Assembly (NCBI GenBank): GCA_965250285.1
Contig: OZ252299.1
Location: 672,001 to 736,000, forward strand
Origin: Myxococcota bacterium
GTDB lineage: Bacteria; Myxococcota_A; UBA9160; UBA4427
DNA length: 64,000 nucleotides
Reading direction: 5' to 3'
How positions within the stretch are numbered: the first letter of the stretch is position 1; the number at the start of each line of letters is the position of its first letter. The position numbers were made by a program, and so were the translations under genes. The notes under the pieces were generated by a model. The model did no database searches. It had not been told where the DNA came from and saw nothing but the letters and a program-made list of their open reading frames with translations. Shown in pieces: positions 19,134 through 28,580 of this stretch.

Positions 19134-20755
19134 GAGGAGCGTCCTTTCTCGGTGTCTCGATGGGTCGGGATGCGGCGCGCGCCCGGCCGATCGCCCCGTC
19201 GGGCGGCGCGCCAGGTCGAGCCCACGACGGCCAACGCCGCGGCGTAGCCGAGCGCGTGGGGATGCTGCTGGTAGGCCGTCACGATCCGTGACGGATGGAC
19301 GTCGGCGACGACGACCTCGGCGACGCCGCGTCCACTCACCGCGACCACATCGCCTCGCGCATCGATGAGGGCCGAGTAGCCGTTGGTCGCGGCCCGAACG
19401 ACGGGGCGTCGATTCTCGATGGCGCGCAGGCGCGCGGAGAGCATCTGATGCCGCGCCGCCCGCTCTGCGGTGAACCAGCCGTCGTTCGACGGGTTGGCGA
19501 GCAGCGTCGCCCCGGCGCGGCTGAGCTCGCGGGCTACGTGCGGGAACAGCACTTCGCCGCAGATGAAACCGCCGACGTGCGCTCCCCGAGCCACCAGAGG
19601 ATGAAACGACGCGCCCGGTGCATAGCCGGCCGTTTCGACCGGCAGCAGGCCGTCGAGCGGGTCGTACTCGGCGAAGGGCACCAGCGCGCGCTTGTCGGTG
19701 CGGCCCGCTAGCTCGCCATCGCGCACAAGAAAGAGCGATGCGAAGTACGCCGGGCGGGGATGGTCGTTGCGGTAATGAGGTGCGCCGAAGACGAGATCGG
19801 TGCCGAGCGATCGCACCTGCCGAACGAACGCTGCACGCAGCTCGGTCGCTTCGCGCGGATAGAAGCCGACCGCATGCTCGGGCCACACGAGGAGATCGGG
19901 CGCGTCGGCCATCGCGGCTCGGCTGAGCGCGATCTGATGATCGACCCGCCGTGCGTCCGGCTCCTCCCGGTGGCTCGGTGCGTAGCCTGGCTGAATCACC
20001 GCAACGCGCATCGAGGCGGTCGCCGCGTCGCCTTCCTCGACTTGCGCTGCACCGAGGCATCCCAGGACGACGAAGCCGAACACGACGGCGAGGGCGAGCG
20101 GTGCATCGCGGCGGGGGACGCGTCCGCGAAGCTCGGGCCGGAACACCGACGCGACGAGGGCCGCTGTCGTGGCCGCGAGACCCGTGACGCCGAATCCGCC
20201 AATCCACTCGGCTGCTTGAGCCGTCGGTGCGCCGACCTGGCTGAGGCCCAGCATCGCATACGGATTCGGCACGACGCCCGCCGCCCGGGCCAGCTCGGCC
20301 AGCATGAACGCGCCCCCGACGACGAGAGGAGAGACGGGTCCACGTCGTGTCCGCCAGCTGAGCCACGCGCCGAGCACCACGTACGGCGGCGCGTTGACAC
20401 CGAGCGCGAGCAGGACGAAACCGATCGCCGACGCCAGCTTCGATACCCCGAAGTAGCCTTCGAGCGTCGACGGGAACCACGATGCCACGACGGCCGTGGC
20501 CGCGACCGTCCACAGCGCCGACACGAGCGCCGCCGTCGAGGGGCGGATCGATGGGCCCACCAGGCCCGTGAACAGCGGCGCAAGAGCGACGAGGCCGAGC
20601 GGAGCACGCATCGAGGGCGAGGCGACGGTGAGCGAAAGCCCGTAGAGCAACCCGCTGACCATGGCGAGTACGGGCGCTGAGCTCAGGACCGTCGTTGCGT
20701 CCCACTCTGCGTCGGCGCCGAAGGCCGACGATCTGGTCGTGCGAACCGTATCCAT
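19130..20755 (-). CDS. lnt: Apolipoprotein N-acyltransferase (likely accessory paralogue)
   Basis: Multi-TM N-terminus; nitrilase triad intact: VWPE, DKRALVPFAEY, ICGE; also SNDGWF, RAIENRR and RAATNGYS. Start uncertain. Confidence 0.9.
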   Translation of the reverse strand: MDTVRTTRSSAFGADAEWDATTVLSSAPVLAMVSGLLYGLSLTVASPSMRAPLGLVALAPLFTGLVGPSIRPSTAALVSALWTVAATAVVASWFPSTLEGYFGVSKLASAIGFVLLALGVNAPPYVVLGAWLSWRTRRGPVSPLVVGGAFMLAELARAAGVVPNPYAMLGLSQVGAPTAQAAEWIGGFGVTGLAATTAALVASVFRPELRGRVPRRDAPLALAVVFGFVVLGCLGAAQVEEGDAATASMRVAVIQPGYAPSHREEPDARRVDHQIALSRAAMADAPDLLVWPEHAVGFYPREATELRAAFVRQVRSLGTDLVFGAPHYRNDHPRPAYFASLFLVRDGELAGRTDKRALVPFAEYDPLDGLLPVETAGYAPGASFHPLVARGAHVGGFICGEVLFPHVARELSRAGATLLANPSNDGWFTAERAARHQMLSARLRAIENRRPVVRAATNGYSALIDARGDVVAVSGRGVAEVVVADVHPSRIVTAYQQHPHALGYAAALAVVGSTWRAARRGDRPGARRIPTHRDTEKGRSS

Positions 20756-20868
20756 CCAGCCTCGTCCGCGTGCGACATGGCAGAACGCCAAGGGAAGCGT
20801 CGAGCATACATTCCCGTGTGTGTGTATGGGAGAATCATGTGCGCGTGACAAGGCGTGTGGCACCGATC

Positions 20869-20884
20869 TGTCACTCAGATCACA
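20869..20884. promoter_or_regulatory. CRP/FNR-family-like binding site
   Basis: TGTCA-CTCAGA-TCACA is a 9/10 match to TGTGA-N6-TCACA, in the divergent intergenic region upstream of the lnt-cyclase operon. Confidence 0.45.
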
Positions 20885-21209
20885 CGATTGTCCGATTGCA
20901 CCCGCGAGGAGGCCTCAGATTCGCGCGAGGCGAGTCGGGGCACATCGCGTGTCTCGAAAAGCGGGGTTGCCCGGGTTGTGCGTCTCGTCACCGGTGTGTG
21001 TCGCGCGATTCAACGGTCGAGATGGCGTCGGTCTGGTCTCATTGGGATCGATCGGCGCGACGAGGGCGTGCGAAAAGCATCTCGCTGTCCGGTTCGCAAT
21101 CATGTTCGGGCCGATCATGTGGAGAATGAGCTGCGCCGTGCGCACGCGCACACACGAATGTGCGCACGACCCACTTGTCCGTACGTCCAAGAACCGAAGG
21201 AGGAATGCC

Positions 21210-21617
21210 ATGCTCGACACGATCTTGAAGGAACACGGGCCCGAGCTGCTCGCGGCCCTGACGGGCGGGGGCGGCCTCGATGGGGACCAGGCCGACCGCC
21301 TCTTGCAGCCCGCGCTGAGCGGGATCGGCGAGGCGCTCACCGGGGGCCGTCTCGATCTCGGGCAGCTGCTCGGCGGCGGTGACGCCGCCGCCTCGTCACT
21401 CCTGGGGCAGCTCGATGTCGGCGCCATCGCGTCCGCGGCCGGACTGACCGAAGGGCAGGCGGGCGGCGGCCTCGCCAGCCTCGTCCCGATCGTGCTCTCG
21501 CTGCTCGCGCAGCAGGGCGGCGGCGCCGATGGCTTGCTGTCGATGCTCGGCGGAAGCGGAGGGGCCGCCGAGAAGCTGGGAGGCCTCGCCGGGAAGCTCT
21601 TCGGCGGTGATGGCTGA
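21210..21617 (+). CDS. Small Gly/Leu-rich protein, DUF937/YidB-like
   Basis: Strong RBS AAGGAGG; IASAAGL..GQAGGGLASLVPIVLSLL and C-terminal GGLAGKLFG. Confidence 0.7.
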   Translation: MLDTILKEHGPELLAALTGGGGLDGDQADRLLQPALSGIGEALTGGRLDLGQLLGGGDAAASSLLGQLDVGAIASAAGLTEGQAGGGLASLVPIVLSLLAQQGGGADGLLSMLGGSGGAAEKLGGLAGKLFGGDG

Positions 21618-21633
21618 AGACCGTCGTTCGATC

Positions 21634-21675
21634 GCGCGCCCGACGCAGCCGATGGCGTCGGGCGCGCTTCGTTTC
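21634..21675 (+). terminator. Intrinsic terminator-like hairpin between convergent genes
   Basis: Perfect 13-bp stem GCGCGCCCGACGC/GCGTCGGGCGCGC, 8-nt loop, followed by TTCGTTTC. Confidence 0.7.
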
Positions 21676-21694
21676 GACCGCCGATCGCCAGCGC

Positions 21695-22795
21695 TCAGGT
21701 TTCGAACAGCTTCGAGAGCTTCGCGGTGTTGCTGCCGTGCTGCGCGATCCCGAGCATCAGCAGCAGCCGCGCCTTCGGGCCGTCGAGGTTGCCGCCCAGG
21801 ATGCAGCCGCGCTTCAGCAGGTCGGCCCCGCCGCCGACGTCGCCATACGATGGCTCGACCGCGCCCCAGTCAACCCGGCTCGTGATCACGACGACGATGC
21901 CCTTCGCGATGGCCTCGCTGATTGCTTTGGCCAAAGCCGGGTTCACGTTGCCCGCACCCACGGCGTCGATGACGAGCCCTTGCACGCCGCTCGCGATGGC
22001 CTGACGCACGTAGCGACCATCATCGCCGGCGAAGGTGGCGAGATAGGCGATCTCGGGCAGCGCGTCGGGGATGGGCAGCCGTTTCGTCTCGGGACCCTCG
22101 TGAAAGCGCTGGACCTCCCCGTCGTAGACGTAGCCGAGGTAGCCCTGCTCGCCCGACTCGAAGGTCTGCACGTTGGTCGTGTGTGTCTTGCGCACCCAGC
22201 GCGCCGCGTTCACGTATCGATTGAGCGTGACGGTCACGGGCCAGTCGCGCGCAGCCGGCGAGAGCACCTGCGTCACCGCGTTGAGCAGGTTGTTCGGCCC
22301 ATCCGGATCGCGACTCGATGCGGCGTTCATCGCTCCGGTGAATACGACGGGCTTGTCCTTTCGGCGAGTCATCTCGAGGAACCAGGCGCCCTCGGCCATC
22401 GTGTCGGTGCCATGCGTGACGACGACCCCCGCGACGTCGCGGCGGGCGAGGACGTCGTTGACCGTTCGACCGAGGCCGGCCCACATCTCGGGGGTCATGT
22501 GCGAGCTGTCGATGTTCGAGTACTCGAGCACGCCAATGTTCGCGAGCGTCTTCAGCTCGGGGACGGCCGCGACGAGATCGGCGCCAGAGAGGGCGGGCTT
22601 CGCGCCGCCGCTCACACCGGCCTTCTCGGCGATCGTCCCACCCGTCGCCACGATCGCGACGTTCGGCAGGTTGCGGTCCCGGTCGCCGAAGTCGAGCTGG
22701 CTCGCATCGACGCCGGGGGCGGAGGTGTCGGCGATGCCGCCGTTGGGCGCGAAAAGGAAGAGCGCGGTGATCGAGATCAGGGCGAGCCTGAGCAT
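21695..22795 (-). CDS. Secreted (type II-like) L-asparaginase
   Basis: ATGGTIA and HGTDTM catalytic motifs; GAGN; KARLLLML; signal peptide; GGAGG RBS. Confidence 0.92.
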   Translation of the reverse strand: MLRLALISITALFLFAPNGGIADTSAPGVDASQLDFGDRDRNLPNVAIVATGGTIAEKAGVSGGAKPALSGADLVAAVPELKTLANIGVLEYSNIDSSHMTPEMWAGLGRTVNDVLARRDVAGVVVTHGTDTMAEGAWFLEMTRRKDKPVVFTGAMNAASSRDPDGPNNLLNAVTQVLSPAARDWPVTVTLNRYVNAARWVRKTHTTNVQTFESGEQGYLGYVYDGEVQRFHEGPETKRLPIPDALPEIAYLATFAGDDGRYVRQAIASGVQGLVIDAVGAGNVNPALAKAISEAIAKGIVVVITSRVDWGAVEPSYGDVGGGADLLKRGCILGGNLDGPKARLLLMLGIAQHGSNTAKLSKLFET

Positions 22796-22868
22796 GGTGC
22801 CTCCAGGGCGGGTTCGAGTCGGCGCGCAGTGGGTGGTGCGCGCATCGAATGCACGAGGTGGGAGCGGC

Positions 22869-23717
22869 TCAGCGGGCGTCGTATTCGGGCGCGCCCGGAG
22901 CGCGGTAGCGATCCATCGGGCTGCGCAGTCCGTCGCTCCCGAAATACCACCCCCCGCCACGTGGCGCATCGAAGAGCAGCTGAATGATGACGCGCGCGCC
23001 GTCGGCTGGCTGCTTCATTCCGGCCTCTTCGGGCGTGCGCCCGCTCAGCGTCTCGCGACCGAGGTCGGTGTCGATGTAGCCCGGTGTGCAGGCGTTGACG
23101 AGCAGGTCGGGATGGCGCCGAGTCAGAATCAACGTGAGCAGGTTCGCGCAGGCCTTCGAGAAGCCATAGGCCGCGCCGCCGCCCATGCCCGCCTGGCCGA
23201 GGTCGCGCTCATCGACGCAGCTCTCCATGAGCGCGCTCAGGGCCTCCCACCTCGCGTGGGGATCGGTGAAGAATGCCTGGCGTTCGGGCCAGCAGCGCGC
23301 GACGAAGTTCGGGCCGGCGGCCGAGGTCACGTTGATGATCCGCCCTCCGGCCGCGACGAGAGGCGCGAAGGCATCGCACATGCGGCGGATGCCGTAGACG
23401 TTCACGTCGCACACCTCGGCGATCGTGCCGGTGATGGCGCCGGCGTTGTTCACCACAGCGTGGAGGGCATCGCCACCCGCTTCGACCCGTCTGGCCGCAG
23501 CGCGCACCGACGCATCGGAGCCCACGTCGAGCTCGAGTACGTCGACGCGTTCGGCGATTTCGGGGTGGGCGGCGATGAGGGCTTGCCGCGCCGACTCGCC
23601 TCGCTCGAGGTCGCGTGCGCCGAGCCAGACGCGGACGTCGGCGTGCTCGCGCAGGGCCGCCTCGCAGACCGCGAGGCCGATGCCCTTGTTCGCTCCTGTA
23701 ACGACGATGTGCTTCAT
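22869..23717 (-). CDS. SDR family oxidoreductase (carbonyl reductase-like)
   Basis: TGANKGIG, NNAG, YGFSK and PGYIDTDL. Confidence 0.92.
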   Translation of the reverse strand: MKHIVVTGANKGIGLAVCEAALREHADVRVWLGARDLERGESARQALIAAHPEIAERVDVLELDVGSDASVRAAARRVEAGGDALHAVVNNAGAITGTIAEVCDVNVYGIRRMCDAFAPLVAAGGRIINVTSAAGPNFVARCWPERQAFFTDPHARWEALSALMESCVDERDLGQAGMGGGAAYGFSKACANLLTLILTRRHPDLLVNACTPGYIDTDLGRETLSGRTPEEAGMKQPADGARVIIQLLFDAPRGGGWYFGSDGLRSPMDRYRAPGAPEYDAR

Positions 23718-23834
23718 CGCGGGCCGAGACCTCCGGGTCGCCGAGGCCCGACGTCGAACCGACCGAAGTGTGGGTCTCGCGGATGATCCGACCCGTGGCT
23801 GCGGGTCGAGTTTCGTTCTAGATGCATGCGTTCC

Positions 23835-24668
23835 TCATCTGATGTCGCCTCGGTCGCCGACCGGAGGCACGTCCGGGCAGCTTGCCGGCGGATCGCGCCG
23901 GGCGGGTGCGTTCGTTTGGTATGGATCAGGAAACCATGGGTCGGGACACCCCGCGCACAGCCCCTCGTCGCACTCCGTGCGGTCCCGGTCGCACGCCGAG
24001 CATGGGCTCCCCTCGACGTACGGCGCAGCGGCATTGAAGTTGCCGACCGGGTGATAGTCGCAGACGAACGAAAAGCCGCCCTCGCATCCCGTCACGAGAG
24101 CGCAGCCGACGTAGCGGGTCGCCGCCCAGATCATCTGCGTGAAGTGACGGCAGCTCGGACCCGAGCAGTGGGCGTCGTGAGGCCCGAACTGCCATGTCAG
24201 GGCCTCGTCGGCCCACTCGGTCTGCATTCGCGCGGGCAGTGCCGAAGGCTCGACCTCGCCCGTCCCCGTCAGCATGTTCTCACCGGTGAAGATGCCGTCG
24301 CGCCTGCCGCCCGACCAGAGCTTCTGGATCCACGGGGCGCGGTAGCGGGTCTCGCCCGCTCGGTGGGCCGCGAGATGCTTCTGCTCGAGATCTGGATTGT
24401 GCGCGATGCCCGGGCACGTCGCGGCATGATCGGCTGCGACCTTCGCGAGGCCCTCGTCCCAGAGCAGCCGGTTCATGTTGGCTGCGGGGGGCAGCTTGCC
24501 GGTGGCTCCGGGCTGCTCGCCGCTGGCGACGGTCGACCGGACCGCGTTGTGAAAGTCGAGGATGAGCTGCTTGTCGGCCGTGCTGAGCTGCACGACTTCG
24601 CCGGCACCGCTCTCGATCGGCAGCAGCAGCCACGGCAGCACCAGAACGACTTGCACGCGTCGGGACAT
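23835..24668 (-). CDS. Secreted CAP (SCP/antigen 5/PR-1) domain protein with Cys-rich hinge
   Basis: HNAVR, AANMNRLLWD, GEN, HFTQMIWA, VGCA and VCDYHPVGN, then PYVEGSPCSAC..C..GLC; signal peptide. Confidence 0.9.
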   Translation of the reverse strand: MSRRVQVVLVLPWLLLPIESGAGEVVQLSTADKQLILDFHNAVRSTVASGEQPGATGKLPPAANMNRLLWDEGLAKVAADHAATCPGIAHNPDLEQKHLAAHRAGETRYRAPWIQKLWSGGRRDGIFTGENMLTGTGEVEPSALPARMQTEWADEALTWQFGPHDAHCSGPSCRHFTQMIWAATRYVGCALVTGCEGGFSFVCDYHPVGNFNAAAPYVEGSPCSACDRDRTECDEGLCAGCPDPWFPDPYQTNAPARRDPPASCPDVPPVGDRGDIR

Positions 24669-24822
24669 CCGCGTTTCTCCGTCGAGAACGATCTCGGGCA
24701 GGGTAGGGGAGATCGGCGAGGATCTGGTCTCGGGCGCAGCCGGCTGCTCGATTGACTCGATTCGCCCCGTCAGTAGGATGGCCAGGCCGGGCGCTTTCAG
24801 GCCGCCCAGGAGGAGAGCCGCC

Positions 24823-25977
24823 ATGCCCGACGATCTCTCGACAATGCCCGTCATCGATGTCGACACGCACTGGACGGAGCCGCGGGATCTCTGGACCTCT
24901 CGGGCGCCGGCGAAGTTCAGGGACAAGACGCTTCGCGTCGTCGAGAAGGAGCCCGGGGTCGAGCGATGGATCATCGGCGACGACATGGAGATCGGGCAGG
25001 TGGGCTACTGCTCGATCCGGCCCGACGGCAGCAAGAGCTCGGGGCAGATCGCGTTCGACACGTACGACGAAGTCCATCCGGGTGCGATCGATGTCGCGCC
25101 CCGTTTGGCGTACATGGACGAGCACGGTCTCACCGTGCAGATCGTTTACCCCAACGTCCTCGGTTTTGCCGGGCATCTCGTCATGCGCATCGACGATCCA
25201 GCGCATCGCTCCTTCTGCGTGACCGCCTACAACGATGCCGCAGCCGAGATGCAGGCCGAGAGTCGTGGACGCCTCTACCCCCAGGCGATGCTCCCGTTCT
25301 GGGATATCGACGCGTCGGTACGCGAGATCGAGCGATGCCGCGAATCGCTGGGCCTGCGCGGCCTGATCCTCAGCGATGCGATGGATCGGTGGAAGCTGCC
25401 GCCGCTCTCCGATCCGCACTGGGATCCGATCTGGGCAGCGGCCCAGGATCGCGATATGCCCATCAATTTTCATATCGGTGCGGGCATGATCACGCCGCGT
25501 GTCTGGGCGGCCTATCCGCCCGAGCGGATGTTCGCCGCGCTCTCGACCATGTCGCAGATGGGCAACATGGCCTGCATCACGAATCTCATCTACAGCGGGC
25601 TGCTCGACCGATTCCCCCGACTCAACTTCGTCAGCGTCGAGAGCGGCGTCGGCTGGTTGCCCTTCCTGCTCGAGAGCCTCGACTATCAGTACGTCGAGAA
25701 CCGCGTGACCGATCTCGAGCTGAAGCCCACCGAGTACTTCCAGCGACAGATCTACGGCTCGTACTGGTTCGAGTCGGACATCGCCGACTCGGTGCGACGG
25801 CTCGGTGAAGACCACATCATGTTCGAGACCGACTTCCCTCACGCGACGTGCCTGTACCCGAACGTCCGCGCCCAGGTGCAGGCGACCCACAAGGAACTCG
25901 AACCGCGCGTGCAGCGGAAGCTGCTGTATCAGAACGCGGCGCGGCTCTACGACATCGATCCGCACGTCGTGGGGTAG
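24823..25977 (+). CDS. Amidohydrolase family protein (Amidohydro_2)
   Basis: IDVDTH, PINFHIG, VESGVGW and MFETDFPH; RBS AGGAGGAG. Confidence 0.9.
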   Translation: MPDDLSTMPVIDVDTHWTEPRDLWTSRAPAKFRDKTLRVVEKEPGVERWIIGDDMEIGQVGYCSIRPDGSKSSGQIAFDTYDEVHPGAIDVAPRLAYMDEHGLTVQIVYPNVLGFAGHLVMRIDDPAHRSFCVTAYNDAAAEMQAESRGRLYPQAMLPFWDIDASVREIERCRESLGLRGLILSDAMDRWKLPPLSDPHWDPIWAAAQDRDMPINFHIGAGMITPRVWAAYPPERMFAALSTMSQMGNMACITNLIYSGLLDRFPRLNFVSVESGVGWLPFLLESLDYQYVENRVTDLELKPTEYFQRQIYGSYWFESDIADSVRRLGEDHIMFETDFPHATCLYPNVRAQVQATHKELEPRVQRKLLYQNAARLYDIDPHVVG

Positions 25978-26231
25978 TGGGCAGCCCCGGATCGCGTTCG
26001 GCACACGAGGGCGCGGGCCCTTCATGCGGGCGCAGCCCATGTGCAAGCGGTCCGCGGCGCGACCGGCTCGGCCGCGCGTTTTCGCGCCACGCGGGTCCGA
26101 GAGCGACGGTCGCCGCGGCGAGGGGATCGGGCCCCGCTGGCCGCTCGTATGTGACGATCGATACCATGCCAGGCCGGCGGGGTGCCGACGAGAGGAGGGC
26201 GTGAGCCGCTCTCCGGCTCGGGAGCCCCGTC

Positions 26232-26603
26232 ATGCTCGAGTTCGAATCGATGCCTCCGATTCATCCCGCGCGCGCTTCGCGAGCGACTCTGGTTCGCCTC
26301 GTCGCGCTGGTCTCGTTCGCGCTGGCCCTGGGCGCATGCAGCTCGAAGACGCACACGATCTGGAAGCACGACGAGCTGAGCAGCACCGCAGATCTGAACC
26401 GGGATCACTTCGAGTGCCGCATGCAGTTGAAGGAAGACATCCCGGAGTCGACGGGCCCGCAGGCCGACCCCGAGGCCGCTGCCTGGAACTTCATGAAGGA
26501 CGTTCAGTTCAGGCAGTCGCGTACGTCGCACTACGAAGCGTGCATGGTCGAACGCGGCTGGTACCAGGTCGAGGTGCCAGTCGGGGAGCTCGCCGCGAAG
26601 TAG
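26232..26603 (+). CDS. Small putative lipoprotein
   Basis: Lipobox LGAC after a hydrophobic run; D.FEC and ACM..RGW Cys pair. Start uncertain. Confidence 0.65.
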   Translation: MLEFESMPPIHPARASRATLVRLVALVSFALALGACSSKTHTIWKHDELSSTADLNRDHFECRMQLKEDIPESTGPQADPEAAAWNFMKDVQFRQSRTSHYEACMVERGWYQVEVPVGELAAK

Positions 26604-26893
26604 CACGCACCGTTCGCGAGCTGAACGGCCGCGGGCCGCCCGGCGCGCGCGGCGCGACCCCGATCTGGACAGAGACGATCCTGCGTCCATCGCGTCCCGG
26701 CAGCCCGGGCTCGCGCGTGAAACTGCGCCGCTGACCGCGCAGCTTTGCCCCGCTGACCGAGCGCCCGCCCGCATCCACGACGTCGGGTGGTAGTGCCGTC
26801 GCGCAGGCCGACTTAGAATCGAGCGCGCGCGAGCGGAGACCATTTCGCCCGCGCGTCGCCGCGCCCCTGCCAGCCACCCGCCACAGGACCGAG

Positions 26894-28519
26894 ATGTCGA
26901 CCCAGATCGCCGGTGAAGAGAGCCCGACCCTCCAGCGGTCGATCGGATTCATCGGCCTCACGTTCGTCGCAGTGGGGGGCATCGTCGGTTCGGGCTGGCT
27001 CTTTGCACCGCTGCTCACCAGCCAGCTCGCTGGCCCTGCTGCGATCGTCTCATGGGTGCTCGGTGGCACGGCGATGCTCGTGCTCGCGCTCTGCTTCGCC
27101 GAGGTCGCGGGGGTGCTCCCGGTCGCGGGCGGCATCGCACGAATCCCGCACATGACGCACGGCGATGTCACGAGTGCCGTGCTCGGGTGGTCGGCTTGGG
27201 TGGGGTACAACACGGCCGCGCCGATCGAGACGATCGCCATGCTCCGCTACCTGGCCGTCGACTGGCCGTGGCTGGTCGTCGGTGACACCAACCAGGGGGC
27301 ACTGACCCCGGCCGGGATGGCGGTGGCCATTGCGTTGCTCGTGACGTTCGTCGTGATCAACGCATTCGGCGTGGCGATCTTCGCGCGCGCGAATGCGGTG
27401 ATCACGGTGATCAAGATCGGCATCCCCGTGGCCGTCGCCGCGGCGATCCTCTGGGCTCGCTTCGAACCGTCGAACTTCACGGCGGGCGACGGCTTCGCGC
27501 CCTATGGCGCCGAGGGGATCTTTGCGGCCATCTCGAGCGGTGGGGTCATCTTCAGCCTGATCGGCTTTCGCCACGCGATCGACATGGCTGGCGAGGTGCG
27601 CCACCCGCGCGTCGTGATCCCCGCGGCGCTCGCGTTCTCACTGATCATCTGCGTTGCGATCTACGTCCTGCTCGACATCGCCTTCGTCGCATCTCTCGAT
27701 CCGTCCCTCCTCGGTCAAGGCTGGTCGAGCCTCCACTTCGACCACGACCTGGGGCCTTTTGCCGCTGTGGCCGTCGCGCTCGGCATCGGTTGGATCGGGG
27801 TCACGCTCAGCGCGGGCGCCGTGATCAGCCCATTCGGTGGCGGGCTCGTCTCGACCGGCTCGATGGCGAGACTCAGCTACGCGCTCAGTCAGAACCGCAT
27901 CTTCCCCGGCTACTTCGAAGCGCTCTCGGCGCGCGGTGTCCCGTTGCGCTGCTTGCTGCTCAACCTCGCATTCGGCGCGGCCGTCGTGCTCTTCGTGCCC
28001 TTCAACGAAGCGGTCGCGTTGAATGGTGCCGCCATCACGCTCTCGTTCTGTGCGGGTCCGCTCGCGGTCTACGCGTTGCGTTCGCAGTATCCCGACGCCG
28101 AGCGTCGGTTCAGCCTGCCCTTTGCGGGGGTCATGGCGCCGATCAGCTTCGTGGTCGCGACGTTGATCATCTATTGGAGCGGTTGGGACACGACCTGGCG
28201 ACTCGCGGCGAGCGTGATCGTCGGTCTCGCGCTCTTCGCGGCGCGGATGCGTGCCGAGAAGGTCACGCTCGAAGAGATCGATCTCCGGTCGGCCGGGTGG
28301 CTGCCGCCGTATCTGCTCGGGCTCGTCGTCGTGAGCTACATCGGCCACTACGGCGGCGGCGCCGGGATGCTGCGCTTTCCATGGGACGCCGGCGTCGTGA
28401 CCGTCTTCGCCCTGATCGTGTTTGCGCTGGCCCATCGCCTTCGACTCGACAATGAGAAGGCCGCGCTCTACCGCGAGCGCTACCAGACCGATCCGCCGCC
28501 CGACATGACGCCGATCTGA
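26894..28519 (+). CDS. APC family amino acid permease
   Basis: GGIVGSGWLF, AGPAAI, FAEVAG..PVAGG; about 14 TM. Confidence 0.92.
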   Translation: MSTQIAGEESPTLQRSIGFIGLTFVAVGGIVGSGWLFAPLLTSQLAGPAAIVSWVLGGTAMLVLALCFAEVAGVLPVAGGIARIPHMTHGDVTSAVLGWSAWVGYNTAAPIETIAMLRYLAVDWPWLVVGDTNQGALTPAGMAVAIALLVTFVVINAFGVAIFARANAVITVIKIGIPVAVAAAILWARFEPSNFTAGDGFAPYGAEGIFAAISSGGVIFSLIGFRHAIDMAGEVRHPRVVIPAALAFSLIICVAIYVLLDIAFVASLDPSLLGQGWSSLHFDHDLGPFAAVAVALGIGWIGVTLSAGAVISPFGGGLVSTGSMARLSYALSQNRIFPGYFEALSARGVPLRCLLLNLAFGAAVVLFVPFNEAVALNGAAITLSFCAGPLAVYALRSQYPDAERRFSLPFAGVMAPISFVVATLIIYWSGWDTTWRLAASVIVGLALFAARMRAEKVTLEEIDLRSAGWLPPYLLGLVVVSYIGHYGGGAGMLRFPWDAGVVTVFALIVFALAHRLRLDNEKAALYRERYQTDPPPDMTPI

Positions 28520-28580
28520 CGTCGACTCGCGATCGGCTGTCATCGACCTCGGGATCTCGGCCGAAGCCCGAGCGGCGGCG

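Noticed and set aside
18153..20807. 884-aa ORF as one protein
   Set aside because: The first roughly 558 codons are an off-frame overlap of lnt; the real gene starts at 19133 with an RBS and signal peptide.
20858..20873. TGGCAC as a sigma-54 promoter
   Set aside because: No GC at the -12 position.
20756..21209. ncRNA or riboswitch in the longer intergenic regions (also 9848-10172, 25978-26231, 31065-31564)
   Set aside because: No recognisable conserved RNA motif by eye; an Infernal/Rfam scan would be needed to exclude one.
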